Source: an uncultured Methylomirabilota bacterium
Lineage (GTDB): Bacteria; Methylomirabilota; Methylomirabilia; Methylomirabilales; 2-02-FULL-66-22
Assembly (NCBI GenBank): GCA_963705305.1
Contig: OY970067.1
Coordinates: 3,104,001 to 3,168,000, forward strand
Length of the DNA stretch: 64,000 bases
Direction: 5' to 3'
Both the position numbers and the translations under genes were made by a program. Each line of letters begins with the position of its first letter. Position 1 is the first letter of the stretch. Under the pieces are notes generated by a model, which ran no database searches, was not told the origin of the DNA, and saw only the letters and a list, made by a program, of their open reading frames with translations. This document shows, piece by piece, positions 51,067 to 59,806 of the stretch.

Positions 51067-52002
51067 ATGGCGCACCGCATTCTGGTCGTGGATGACGAGA
51101 TCGTAGTCCGGGAGCTGGTGGAGGCCCTCCTCACGTCGGCGGGCTACGAGGTCAGGCTCGCCCCGGATGGCCCGGCTGCCCTGGCGCTGGCACAGGCGGA
51201 TTCGCCGGACCTCGTCCTGCTCGACCTCCTCATGCCCGGGATGCACGGCCAGGAGGTCTGCGAAATGCTGAAGGCCGAGCCGCGAACCGCCGACCTTCCG
51301 GTGATTGTCGTCACGGCCGCCGGCCAGGTCGCGACCAAGGAGGCCCTGCTGACGAGCGGGGCCGACGACTTCGTCACCAAGCCGTTTCAGCCCGGCGATC
51401 TCCTGGCCCGGGTCGAGGCCCTGCTGAAGGTCCGCAGCATCCGCCGGGAGCTCGACCGCACCCTGGCCTACCTGCACGAGCTCGAGGCGGTTCGCCATAC
51501 CCATCGGCGGGCGGTCCTGAGCGAGGCCGGGGGTGCCCAGACCCTGACGGCTCCGGCGGCCATTCCCGTGCTCCTCGTGGACGATGAAGCTCTCACCCGG
51601 GACTTCTACGGGGACCTCCTGACCTCCCACGGTTTCCAGGTCTTCCTCGCCGCATCCGGCCAGGAAGGCCTGGCCCTGGCCCACCAGCACCGGGTCGAAG
51701 CGGTGATCCTGGACATCATGATGCCCGAGATGTCCGGCCTCGAGGTCCTGGAGCGGCTCCGCACCGCCCAGCCCGATCTCCCCGTCATCATGCTGACCGC
51801 CGTCCCCACCTCCCAGAATGCCATCGCCGCCCTCAAACTGGGGGCCTTCGATTTCATCGTGAAGGGACTGGACCACAGCCTGGTGGTCCTAGCGGTCCAC
51901 CGGGCCGTGCGGCACCGCCGGGAAACGCTCGAGGCCAAGGCAGAGGTTGCGCAGCTCAAGGCCCAAGTCGCTGCATTGATGGAGAGTCAAGCCGGTCGGT
52001 GA
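51067..52002 (+). CDS. Tandem double-receiver response regulator
   Basis: Two REC domains (LLDLLMP and ILDIMMP), no output domain. Confidence 0.88.
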   Translation: MAHRILVVDDEIVVRELVEALLTSAGYEVRLAPDGPAALALAQADSPDLVLLDLLMPGMHGQEVCEMLKAEPRTADLPVIVVTAAGQVATKEALLTSGADDFVTKPFQPGDLLARVEALLKVRSIRRELDRTLAYLHELEAVRHTHRRAVLSEAGGAQTLTAPAAIPVLLVDDEALTRDFYGDLLTSHGFQVFLAASGQEGLALAHQHRVEAVILDIMMPEMSGLEVLERLRTAQPDLPVIMLTAVPTSQNAIAALKLGAFDFIVKGLDHSLVVLAVHRAVRHRRETLEAKAEVAQLKAQVAALMESQAGR

Positions 52003-52367
52003 GCGATCGTGACCTGCCTCCTCCAGAAAATGGACCCGTTGCTACCTAGTGTTTGCAGTAAATGCAACTAGCCGTTCCATTCCTAACCGGCGTGAACGGT
52101 CTCATCCCCCGTGTCCCCGCAAGTGGGGATCCTCGGTTGGGAGCATCAGGTGAACGCCGAGCGATGCGGCGCCCACCTGCGCTCCCTTGAGTCCGCCTCT
52201 TGGTGTCATGGCTGCCTATGGCAGTGGGCCCCGCCGGAGGGACTCGCACCCTCGTGGGTCTCTCGGGCGGGCACTTCGAGCCACGCTCATGCAGATCGGT
52301 CCGAGGTCACGGACGCCATTGTACGGGTCAAGCAGCGCCAGGAACTCAGCGGTCAAGAGAGAGTGGC

Positions 52368-52893
52368 TCACGAGCTCGCACCAGTGCTGGACAGCCCTCC
52401 GAGACTTCCGGGGCGTCGGAGGGGCCAACTCGCACCAGTTCTCTTCTGTTGCGAGTTGTGGAGGAGCTGGGTGAGGGCGTTGGCCGCCCGCAGCTTGTCC
52501 TCCTTGGTGACCCTGGCGTCGATCGTGGTCGTCTTGATGCTCGCGTGCACCACTTACTCCTGGACGACCGCCAGGTCGTTCCCGCTGGCCCGGTCCAGGT
52601 GCGTCGCATAGGTGTGGCGACACGAATGGGTGGCGTACCGCGGATCCAGCCCCACGGCCGCCATGAGGCCTTTCACCACCCGCCAGACCCCATTCCGGGT
52701 GAGGGGCCCCCGCTGGCCGAGGAAGACCGGGGCCTCCTCGGACACATTCTCCCCAAGGTCCCGCTTCCAGGTCAGGAAGGCTTTCAGGTGCGTCTTGAGG
52801 TCCGGGGGGATGAAGACCTCCCGCTGCTTGTTCCCCTTGCCCTGGCGGACCGCCAGTGAGGCCTGGCCGTAGCCCAGGAGGCAGTCCCGGAGT
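52368..52893 (-). pseudogene. Tyrosine recombinase, C-terminal half (decayed)
   Basis: LRDCLL..VRQGKGNKQREV..HSCRHTYATHL..VVQE*VVHASIKTTTIDARV; in-frame TAA, and the catalytic Tyr position is Asp. Confidence 0.85.
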
Positions 52894-53154
52894 TGTCAAG
52901 GGGACGTGTCAAGGGGACGTTGCATTATCTGTCATATCTTGCCTTCCCCGGACCACTTCTCCCGAGGAGGGGAGGGACTCGGATGGCGCGCACGGCCGGG
53001 TCTAGCCCATCATGCCTGCATCCTGCGGATTTCCCACCCCCCCTCCCTTGCCCTAACCCGCGGGCTTCCCCTATTGCCCCCGCTGGCCAGAAACGCAGAA
53101 GATTATACAAATAATGCTACGTCCCGTATTTCCTTGCTACGTCCCGTATTTCCT
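52894..53154. repeat. REP-like inverted-repeat element with tandemly duplicated ends
   Basis: 2x TGTCAAGGGGACG (52894-52919); 2x TGCTACGTCCCGTATTTCCT (53115-53154); 17/19 inverted match GGGACGTTGCATTATCTGT / ACAAATAATGCTACGTCCC. Confidence 0.75.
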
Positions 53155-53298
53155 GCTCCGGAGCCACGCCGTCGCCGGGAGGGGGGCGGTGGCCTGGACG
53201 AGGGCGGCCTCCAGGGTGGCGATCCGCTGCTGCACGGCGGCACATCGGGCGGCGAGGTCCACCACCTCGGCCGCGGGCCCGGGGGCGGCCCCGGCCAG

Positions 53299-53928
53299 TC
53301 ACACGCGCCCCTCTTTCCCCCGGCGCTGCAGGGCACGGTACCCCAGGTACAGCAGGCCCAGCAGGGCCGCCCCGAGCAGGAGGGACTGCTGCGCCTTGGC
53401 CGCCGCGCGCCAGATCGGCTCCACGTAGCCCCCCAGTCCGACCCCCACGGCATAGCCCATCCCGACCATGATCGGCACGTACACCAGCGCGCCGCACGCG
53501 TTGGCCATGAGGAAGGAGTGCCAGCGGAGATCCAAGCTCCCCGCCAGGGGGCCGGCCAGGAAGCGGAACCCGATGACGAACCGCGCCAGAAACACGGCGC
53601 CTGGCCCGTAGCGCTGGACGAAGTGGTGCATCGTGGCGAGGCGGGGTGGCGTGAGGCGCGCCCAGAGTCCGTAGCGCGCGACGACGGGCTGCCCGTACCG
53701 GCGGCCGACCCAGTAGCCGAGACTATCCCCGGCCACGGCGCTCACGATCCCGGCCAGGAGGACCAGCGGGAGCTGGAACCCGCCCTGCCACACCAGGTAG
53801 CCCGCCACCCAGAGCACCGACTCCTCCGGGACGGGGAGCCCGAGGTTGCCGAGCAGGACAAACACCAGCAGCCCGAGGTAGCCCCATTGGCTCATCAGGC
53901 CCTGGAGACTTTCCACGGTAGCATGCAA
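53299..53928 (-). CDS. dedA: DedA family membrane protein
   Basis: GLPVPEE, GDSLGYWVGRRYG, RYG..VFLARFV.GFR. Confidence 0.9.
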   Translation of the reverse strand: MHATVESLQGLMSQWGYLGLLVFVLLGNLGLPVPEESVLWVAGYLVWQGGFQLPLVLLAGIVSAVAGDSLGYWVGRRYGQPVVARYGLWARLTPPRLATMHHFVQRYGPGAVFLARFVIGFRFLAGPLAGSLDLRWHSFLMANACGALVYVPIMVGMGYAVGVGLGGYVEPIWRAAAKAQQSLLLGAALLGLLYLGYRALQRRGKEGRV

Positions 53929-54051
53929 CGGGGAGCCTCACGCAGCCCGCGACAGGGCCGCGGCTCGGGGTACGGGGGCGCACGCAGCGCACACGGACGG
54001 ACTGAGGAGGAGTTTCGCATGCCAGGGGTGAAGATGTAAAGCCCATCGACT

Positions 54052-55577
54052 CCCCCCTAATCTCCGGCTAAGAAGTTGAGGGGGATCGCGAATCACGCAG
54101 CGGCCCGCAGTGCGCGCGGCCCGCGGGGTTGGCATCGGCCTTGCTTGGTTTCACCCAGTGGGTGCAAACACCACAAGGAGGAGAGCGATGCCCGACACCT
54201 CGCCCCGGTTGCCGTTCGAGATCGATGACGCGATCGACCCCACGCTGGTCACGGGCCGGGCCGGGGTCCCGCTCGTGATCGAGCTGTTCCGCCAGCTCGG
54301 GGTGGCCCAGGCCGTCGACACCCACGTTGCGGTCAAGCAGCGGCAGCGCGGATTACCCCCCTCGCAGCTCGTGGAGAGTCTCGTCGCGTTGTGGACGAGC
54401 GGCGGGGACCGCTGCCAGGACCTCACGACGCTCCGGGAGGATCAGGCCCTGGCCACGCTGCTCGGCTACCCCCTGCCGGCCGCGACCACGGTCCGGGACT
54501 TCCTCGAGGCCTTCCACGTGGAGGACGGGCCGCTCTGGGTGGCCGGGCCCGCGGCCACGGTCCCCCTGGAGTCCGCCCCCTTGGCGGGCCTCGGACAGGC
54601 GAACCGGACGCTGGTCGCGGGCGTCCAGCGCGGGGCCCGGGCGGCGACGGCCACCCTGGATGTGGACGCGACGCTCGTCGAGAGCCACAAGGACGCGGCG
54701 ACCGTGGCCTACGACGGGACCCGGGGCTACCAGCCCGTCGTGGTCCTCTGGGCCGAGCACGATGTCATCGTGCACGACCAGTTCCGCGATGGCCAGGTGC
54801 CCGCCGGGTGCGGCAACGTGCGCGTCCTCGAACAGGCGGTGGCCAACTTGCCCCAGGGCGTGGACCGCATCTCCCTGCGGGCCGACAGCGCCCTCTACGA
54901 GACGGAGGTCCTCCGCTGGTGCGAGGAGAAGAAAATCGCCTACGCGATTAGCGCCGATATGTCCGCGCAGCTCCAGGCCGAGATCCGGCGCCTCCCCGCG
55001 GCCGCCTGGCAGCTCGAGCGGGAGGAGCCCGAGGCGATCCGGGCCTGGGCCGAAGTCCCCTACGTCCCCGAGGATGGCGATCACCGGAAGGCGCGGCCGT
55101 GCGTTCGCCGCTACCTCGCGGTGCGTATCCAGCGACGCCAGGGGAGCCTCTTCGCCGACGGGAGTAGCGTGCAGTACTTCGCCGTGGTCACCAATCGGCC
55201 GGAGGATGGGCTCACGATCCTCCGGTGGCACCGGGAGAAAGCAGGGACCATCGAGCACACCCATCACGTCCTCAAGACCGAGCTGGCGGCCGCCGCGCTG
55301 CCCAGTGGGAAGTTCGGGGCGAACGCCGCCTGGTTCCGGCTGAACGTGCTCACCTACAACCTGCTCACCGCGCTCAAGCGGTTGACCTTACCCGGAGATC
55401 TCCGGACCGCCCGGCCGAAGCGTCTCCGGTTCCTGCTGTTCAACACCGTCGGGAAGGTCGTCGCGCATGCCCGACGGACGCTCTTGCGGCTCTCGGGCGC
55501 CCTGCAGCACGCCTTGCTCGTCCGGGCGCGGCGCAAGATCGCCCGGCTGGCCACCGCTTAGCCGGAGATTAGGGGGG
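54052..55577 (+). mobile_element. IS1380-family insertion sequence
   Basis: Perfect 21-bp IRs CCCCCCTAATCTCCGGCTAAG (54052-54072 and 55557-55577); no target-site duplication visible. Confidence 0.9.
54188..55561 (+). CDS. IS1380-family DDE transposase
   Basis: TLDVDAT, GYQP, LRADSA, IEHTHHVLK, LPSGKFGANAAW; RBS AAGGAGGAG. Confidence 0.9.
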   Translation: MPDTSPRLPFEIDDAIDPTLVTGRAGVPLVIELFRQLGVAQAVDTHVAVKQRQRGLPPSQLVESLVALWTSGGDRCQDLTTLREDQALATLLGYPLPAATTVRDFLEAFHVEDGPLWVAGPAATVPLESAPLAGLGQANRTLVAGVQRGARAATATLDVDATLVESHKDAATVAYDGTRGYQPVVVLWAEHDVIVHDQFRDGQVPAGCGNVRVLEQAVANLPQGVDRISLRADSALYETEVLRWCEEKKIAYAISADMSAQLQAEIRRLPAAAWQLEREEPEAIRAWAEVPYVPEDGDHRKARPCVRRYLAVRIQRRQGSLFADGSSVQYFAVVTNRPEDGLTILRWHREKAGTIEHTHHVLKTELAAAALPSGKFGANAAWFRLNVLTYNLLTALKRLTLPGDLRTARPKRLRFLLFNTVGKVVAHARRTLLRLSGALQHALLVRARRKIARLATA

Positions 55578-56149
55578 CCCCTTGGGGGGCGCTCCCCCTT
55601 GCAGGCGAACATCAACTCCTTGGTTCAGTTCGCGCCCGCAGCATGATGTGCACCGGTATGCGAGTTGGTGCCGGGAGAGCGGACTCATAATGGAGCGAGC
55701 CGTCCGGTCCACCACCGGTAGGTACTGGAAGGAGATCGGCATCAGCTAGCCTAATCGGATAGCCTGTGCCTCTTGGCACGTAGGCGAGACCCTTGCGGGG
55801 CACAAGGGGCTGGAGGCGGGCCTACGGCGATCCCTACACGGGCGCGAAGCCGGAACCGGTGGATACGGCCAGAGGGGCGCCTCCGGGAACCGCGCCAGTT
55901 CTCGATCCTACCTGGTTGCGAGGTCCCGCTTGACCCACCACTCCTCGAGTGGTAGCGTCCCCCTCAACGCCGGGTTTCCCGTGCTCGTTGTCCCTGGCTG
56001 GGCCGTCTCGGCGGTCATCTGTTCCCTGGGATCCGCCACTCCCGGCCGCCCTCGGATCGGGTTGATCATCGAGTGATTTTCCAACCAGCGGATTGTGGGG
56101 CTCTGGCCGCTCGTCGCTCAGGTGCCGAACCCGCGTACGACACGCAGGC

Positions 56150-56320
56150 TGCCGGGCATTCCGTAAGGACTATCGGATACCCGGCGGTCACGTGCACGGT
56201 TCCCGGGACCGCACAAGTCAAGTACGCCGCCTGGACTCTCGGCGCCGCACGCGGTCGATTGCCGAGCGCGGAGATGAGGGCGCGAATGGAACGGGTGATC
56301 CACAGCGTGGAAGAGAGCCT
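56150..56320 (+). pseudogene. Aldo/keto reductase C-terminal remnant
   Basis: IGYPAVTCTVPGT..LGAARGRLPSAEMRARME resembles an AKR C-terminus; 5' part absent. Confidence 0.55.
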
Positions 56321-56377
56321 AAGCCCTGAGCCCCTATCCCTGACCCCTGAGTTCCGCGCCTACACGGATTCCCGTCC

Positions 56378-57688
56378 ATGACCCGATCCCATGTGTCGCC
56401 GCTCGCCCGGCTCTTGACGTCCGCCGCCGCCATCGAACCCTACGAGATGAAGGCGGTGGTCCTCTCGTTCATCTATTTCGCCTGCTTGATGGCCAGCTAC
56501 TTCGTCCTGCGGCCGGTGCGGGACGCCATGGGCACCGTCTACGGTATGCGCCATCTGCAGGAGCTGTTCACCGGCACGTTCGTGGTCAGCTTCCTGCTCG
56601 CGCCGGTGTACGCCGGGCTGACCTCGCGGGTCAAGCTGTCGAACTTCCTCCCGTGGGTCTATGGCGTCATCGCGCTCACGATGCTGGTCTTCTACGCGCT
56701 GTTCGCGCGCGTGGCGCACGACCGGTGGGTGGCCGCCGCCTTCTTCGTCTGGGTCAGCACCTTCAACGTCCTGACAATCTCGGTCTTCTGGAGCCTCATG
56801 GCTGACACGTTTTCGCGCACCCAGGCCAAGCGGCTGTTCGGCGTCATCGCGGCGGGAGGCACCCTCGGGACCGTGGCGGGCCCGGCGGTCACGACGCTCT
56901 TCGTGAACCTGGTGGGGACGAACACGCTGCTCGTGATCTCGGCGGCCGGCTTCGTCGTAACGGCGTGGCTGGTGCGCCTGCTCGAGCGAGAAAAGCAGAA
57001 GCTGCGTGCGAGGGGCGATGCGCAGGAGACGACGCTCGATCGCACGCTGGCGGGGAATCCGTTCGACGGCTTCAGCCTGCTGGTCAAATCGCGGTACCTG
57101 CTGCTGCTCTCGCTGTTCCTCCTCTTGATGACCTGGATCTCCACGATCGTCTACTTCCAGCTGGGAGCCTTGATTTCGGACGCGTTCGCCAGCCGCGAGG
57201 CGCGCACCCAGGCCTTTGCGGCCATCGACCTCGTCGTGAACGGCGCCGCCTTTTTCATCCAGCTGTTCGGAACGGGCCGGATCATCCGCCGGTACGGGGT
57301 GACCGCGGGCTTGCTGCTGAACCCGGTCATCATGGTCATCGCGTTCCTGTCCATCGCGTTCTCACCCGTGCTGATGGTGCTCGCGGTGATGCAGGTATCC
57401 CGGCGCGTGGCCGAATACGCGGTCGCGAAGCCGACACGCGAGATGCTGTTCACGGTCGTCGATCAGGAAAGCAAATACAAGGCGAAGAACGTGATCGATA
57501 CGGTCGTCTACCGGTTCGGTGATGTCAGCTCGGCCTGGTTCAGCGCGGCCGTGCTCCCGTACGGCGTGGCCGGGCTCGCCATCTCCGGCATCGTCGTCTC
57601 AGCGATCTGGTTCCCGATCGCCCTGATGCTGGGGAGACAATACGAGCACGTCCGCAGCGGAGAGCTCGTGGGTAGCGCGGCGACGTAG
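56378..57688 (+). CDS. MFS-fold transporter (NTP/NDP exchanger-like)
   Basis: YFVLRPVRDAM, SVFWSLMAD.F..QAKRLFG, KPTREMLF..KYKAKNVIDTVVYRFGD; ~12 TM. Confidence 0.88.
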   Translation: MTRSHVSPLARLLTSAAAIEPYEMKAVVLSFIYFACLMASYFVLRPVRDAMGTVYGMRHLQELFTGTFVVSFLLAPVYAGLTSRVKLSNFLPWVYGVIALTMLVFYALFARVAHDRWVAAAFFVWVSTFNVLTISVFWSLMADTFSRTQAKRLFGVIAAGGTLGTVAGPAVTTLFVNLVGTNTLLVISAAGFVVTAWLVRLLEREKQKLRARGDAQETTLDRTLAGNPFDGFSLLVKSRYLLLLSLFLLLMTWISTIVYFQLGALISDAFASREARTQAFAAIDLVVNGAAFFIQLFGTGRIIRRYGVTAGLLLNPVIMVIAFLSIAFSPVLMVLAVMQVSRRVAEYAVAKPTREMLFTVVDQESKYKAKNVIDTVVYRFGDVSSAWFSAAVLPYGVAGLAISGIVVSAIWFPIALMLGRQYEHVRSGELVGSAAT

Positions 57689-57883
57689 GAGCGCCACCGG
57701 CACGGCGGAGGTCTTGTGCCGACCGTCGTGGGCGCCAGGCCCGGTCAGTATCTCAGCTTCGGATTTCCCGGCGACTGCATCTTCTCACCCGCGGCGCCGT
57801 GGCATATGCATGGATGGTGCTCCTTGGACGCCGCGTGACCCCCGGGGACCCGCAGGAGCCCAACGCCTGGAGCCCGCAGTCCG

Positions 57884-59032
57884 CTAGTACCCCCGCTCCG
57901 GGTCCACCACCGACAGCATCTTGTCGCCCGCCACGTACCGGCGGACGTTCTCCTTCACCACCGCGTCCAGGCGCTCCCGCGGGACGTTGGCGCGGCCCGC
58001 GACGTGGGGGGTGATGAGGACGTGGGGGGCGCGGAAGAGCGGATGGCCGTCCGGGAGCGGCTCCGGGTCGGTGACGTCGAGGCCGGCGCCCGCCAGTTTC
58101 CTGCTCGTGAGCGCCTCGATCAGGTCGGCCGTGACGACGCTCTTGCCCCGGGCGACATTGATGAAGAGCGCGGTCGGCTTCAGGACGGCGAAGAACGTCG
58201 CGTTGAACAGCCCGGTGGTTTCGGCGGTCAACGGCGTCGCATTCACGATGACGTCCGCGGCCCGCGCGAGCGGCAGCAGCTCGCCGGGCAGCCCGACGTA
58301 GCTCACGAACTCGGGCCCCTCGTGCCCGCTGTGCCGCGTCGCGAGCACCCGCATCCCCAGCGCGTGCGCCCGTTGCGCCACCTCGGTGCCGATCCCGCCC
58401 AACCCGACCACGAGCAGCGTCTTGCCGGCGAGCACTTCCAGGCCGGCGGCCGGCGCGGCGGCCCGCGCCCAGTGCCCCGCCGCCTGCGCGGGCAGCCACA
58501 CGGGGAGGCCCCGGCTGAGCCCGAACATCAGGGCCAGCACGTGCTCGGCGATGATCGGGGCCTGGACATGCTGCGCGTTGGTCAGGAGGATCTTCCGCTG
58601 GCGCAGCTCCGGGCGCGCGACGCACCCCTCGACGCCGGCGCCGCCGGTCTGGAGCCAGAACAGGTGCGGCGCGGCGGCCAGGACGGCCGGATCGCACGCG
58701 CCGATGTAGGCGTCGGCGTCCGCCACCGCGGCGAGCGTCTCCGCGCGATCCTCCGCCAGCACGATCTGGACGCCCGGCGCAGCGGCCCGCAGCTCCGCGA
58801 TGCTGGCCCCGAGCCCCAGGGCGGCGCTGACGACGATCTTTCTCGGCGGCTTCCAGCCCGGCACCTGGCGGACCGGCGTGCTCGCCTCAATGAGCCGCAG
58901 GTCCGACAGCACCGCGTGTTCCGAGGGCGCCGCCGGCTCCGCCGCCTGCGCCACCCCCATCGCGCCCGACACGACAACTATGATCGCAGCCGCGAGCGCC
59001 CACCCTCCAGCCGCCACACGTGATCGATCCAT
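57884..59032 (-). CDS. D-2-hydroxyacid dehydrogenase with N-terminal signal peptide
   Basis: GLGGIG, INVARG, GLDVTDPEPL, ITPHVAG; hydrophobic N-terminus ending AQA. Confidence 0.88.
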   Translation of the reverse strand: MDRSRVAAGGWALAAAIIVVVSGAMGVAQAAEPAAPSEHAVLSDLRLIEASTPVRQVPGWKPPRKIVVSAALGLGASIAELRAAAPGVQIVLAEDRAETLAAVADADAYIGACDPAVLAAAPHLFWLQTGGAGVEGCVARPELRQRKILLTNAQHVQAPIIAEHVLALMFGLSRGLPVWLPAQAAGHWARAAAPAAGLEVLAGKTLLVVGLGGIGTEVAQRAHALGMRVLATRHSGHEGPEFVSYVGLPGELLPLARAADVIVNATPLTAETTGLFNATFFAVLKPTALFINVARGKSVVTADLIEALTSRKLAGAGLDVTDPEPLPDGHPLFRAPHVLITPHVAGRANVPRERLDAVVKENVRRYVAGDKMLSVVDPERGY

Positions 59033-59223
59033 CGATGTCCTCCAGGCCTTCGGAGACACAAGGCCACGCGGATCCCACCTACGACGACCGGGATGTCTCC
59101 ATTTGCAGGAGAGATGACCCGTCCAAGCGTCGGAGAAACTCCCGGTATATTCATAGAGGCCTCAGCGCGCAACAGATGTTTGACCGGACGCGGACTCGTG
59201 CCTTCCCGAAATGAGGGGTACGG

Positions 59224-59405
59224 CCGCGGCGACCTCGGAGGCGCGTAGGCCGGAGGACAGGAGCGTGTCGAGGAGCGCCCAGGACCGGACCGCCCCCGCA
59301 GTGCCCTTCTGGAGGGCCTGGGCAGCCCTAGATTCGGCGAACAGGCGGAGGCGGGTTTTCCTCCCGCGCGGTGAGGTAGCGGATCTCGTGCTGGACGGTA
59401 GGCAT
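59224..59405 (-). pseudogene. Tyrosine recombinase, N-terminal half
   Basis: RBS AAGGAG; MPTVQHEIRYLTAREE/(+1 frameshift)TRLRLFAE..LLDTLLSSGLRASEVAA (box I Arg). Confidence 0.8.
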
Positions 59406-59750
59406 GATCGCATCTCCTTGCATCGCATCTGGCCCAACCGCCGACGGCCGCGGGCCAGGGTGGAGATCATTCCCCGGGACCCCCGAAGTGGCTACGCCTC
59501 TATATAGCCACCCCGGGGGGATCGGTCGTCAGGCCACAGTACCGGCCAGGTGGAGCAGATGTGCGCCTGTCGATCCTGGCGATCGAGCCGGATCGTGATC
59601 TCCATCTCGTCCTGTGAGTTTCCACCGAAGTTCATCCGCTCTCCTTTTCCGGTTGCGCGGGGGTTGCGTCCCGTGCGATGAAATGCCGTCCTTTGCAACC
59701 CCACCCCCCTTAAGTTCTCGTATCTTATGGCCTCGCAAGGCACTTTCATC

Positions 59751-59779
59751 TTGACAAATGGCCACCCCCCGGGTAAGGT
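59751..59779 (+). promoter_or_regulatory. Sigma70-like promoter of the ffh operon
   Basis: TTGACA-17nt-TAAGGT. Confidence 0.65.
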
Positions 59780-59806
59780 CCAGTTTTGCCTTTCGAGGGG
59801 TTTTCG

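Larger units (their letters stand above)
53970..55911 (+). ncRNA. Probable ORF-less, degenerate group II intron remnant interrupted by an IS1380-family element
   Basis: 5' GTACG..GCACGCAGCGCACACGGACGG..CAGGGGTGAA resumes after the IS as TCCCCTTTGCAGGCGA; 3' domain VI-like ..CGCGCCAGTTCTCGATCCTAC; no clear domain V; recognised from recalled intron consensus. Confidence 0.55.
39300..59740. mobile_element. ~20 kb accessory island between the nadD-like gene and ffh (boundaries approximate)
   Basis: Two IS elements, split recombinase, intron remnant, several gene remnants and an AT-rich block; core genes on both sides. Confidence 0.65.

Noticed and set aside
52553..52556. In-frame TAA in the recombinase as possible recoding
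   Set aside because: The gene is also split and has lost its catalytic Tyr; ordinary pseudogene decay.
52894..53154. Short tandem repeats as a possible CRISPR array
   Set aside because: Only two directly adjacent copies of each unit, no spacers and no cas genes.
59492..59635. Short minus-strand ORF MNFGGNSQDEMEITIRLDRQDRQAHICSTWP with a good RBS
   Set aside because: Probably a truncated mobile-element gene, but no function can be supported from the sequence.
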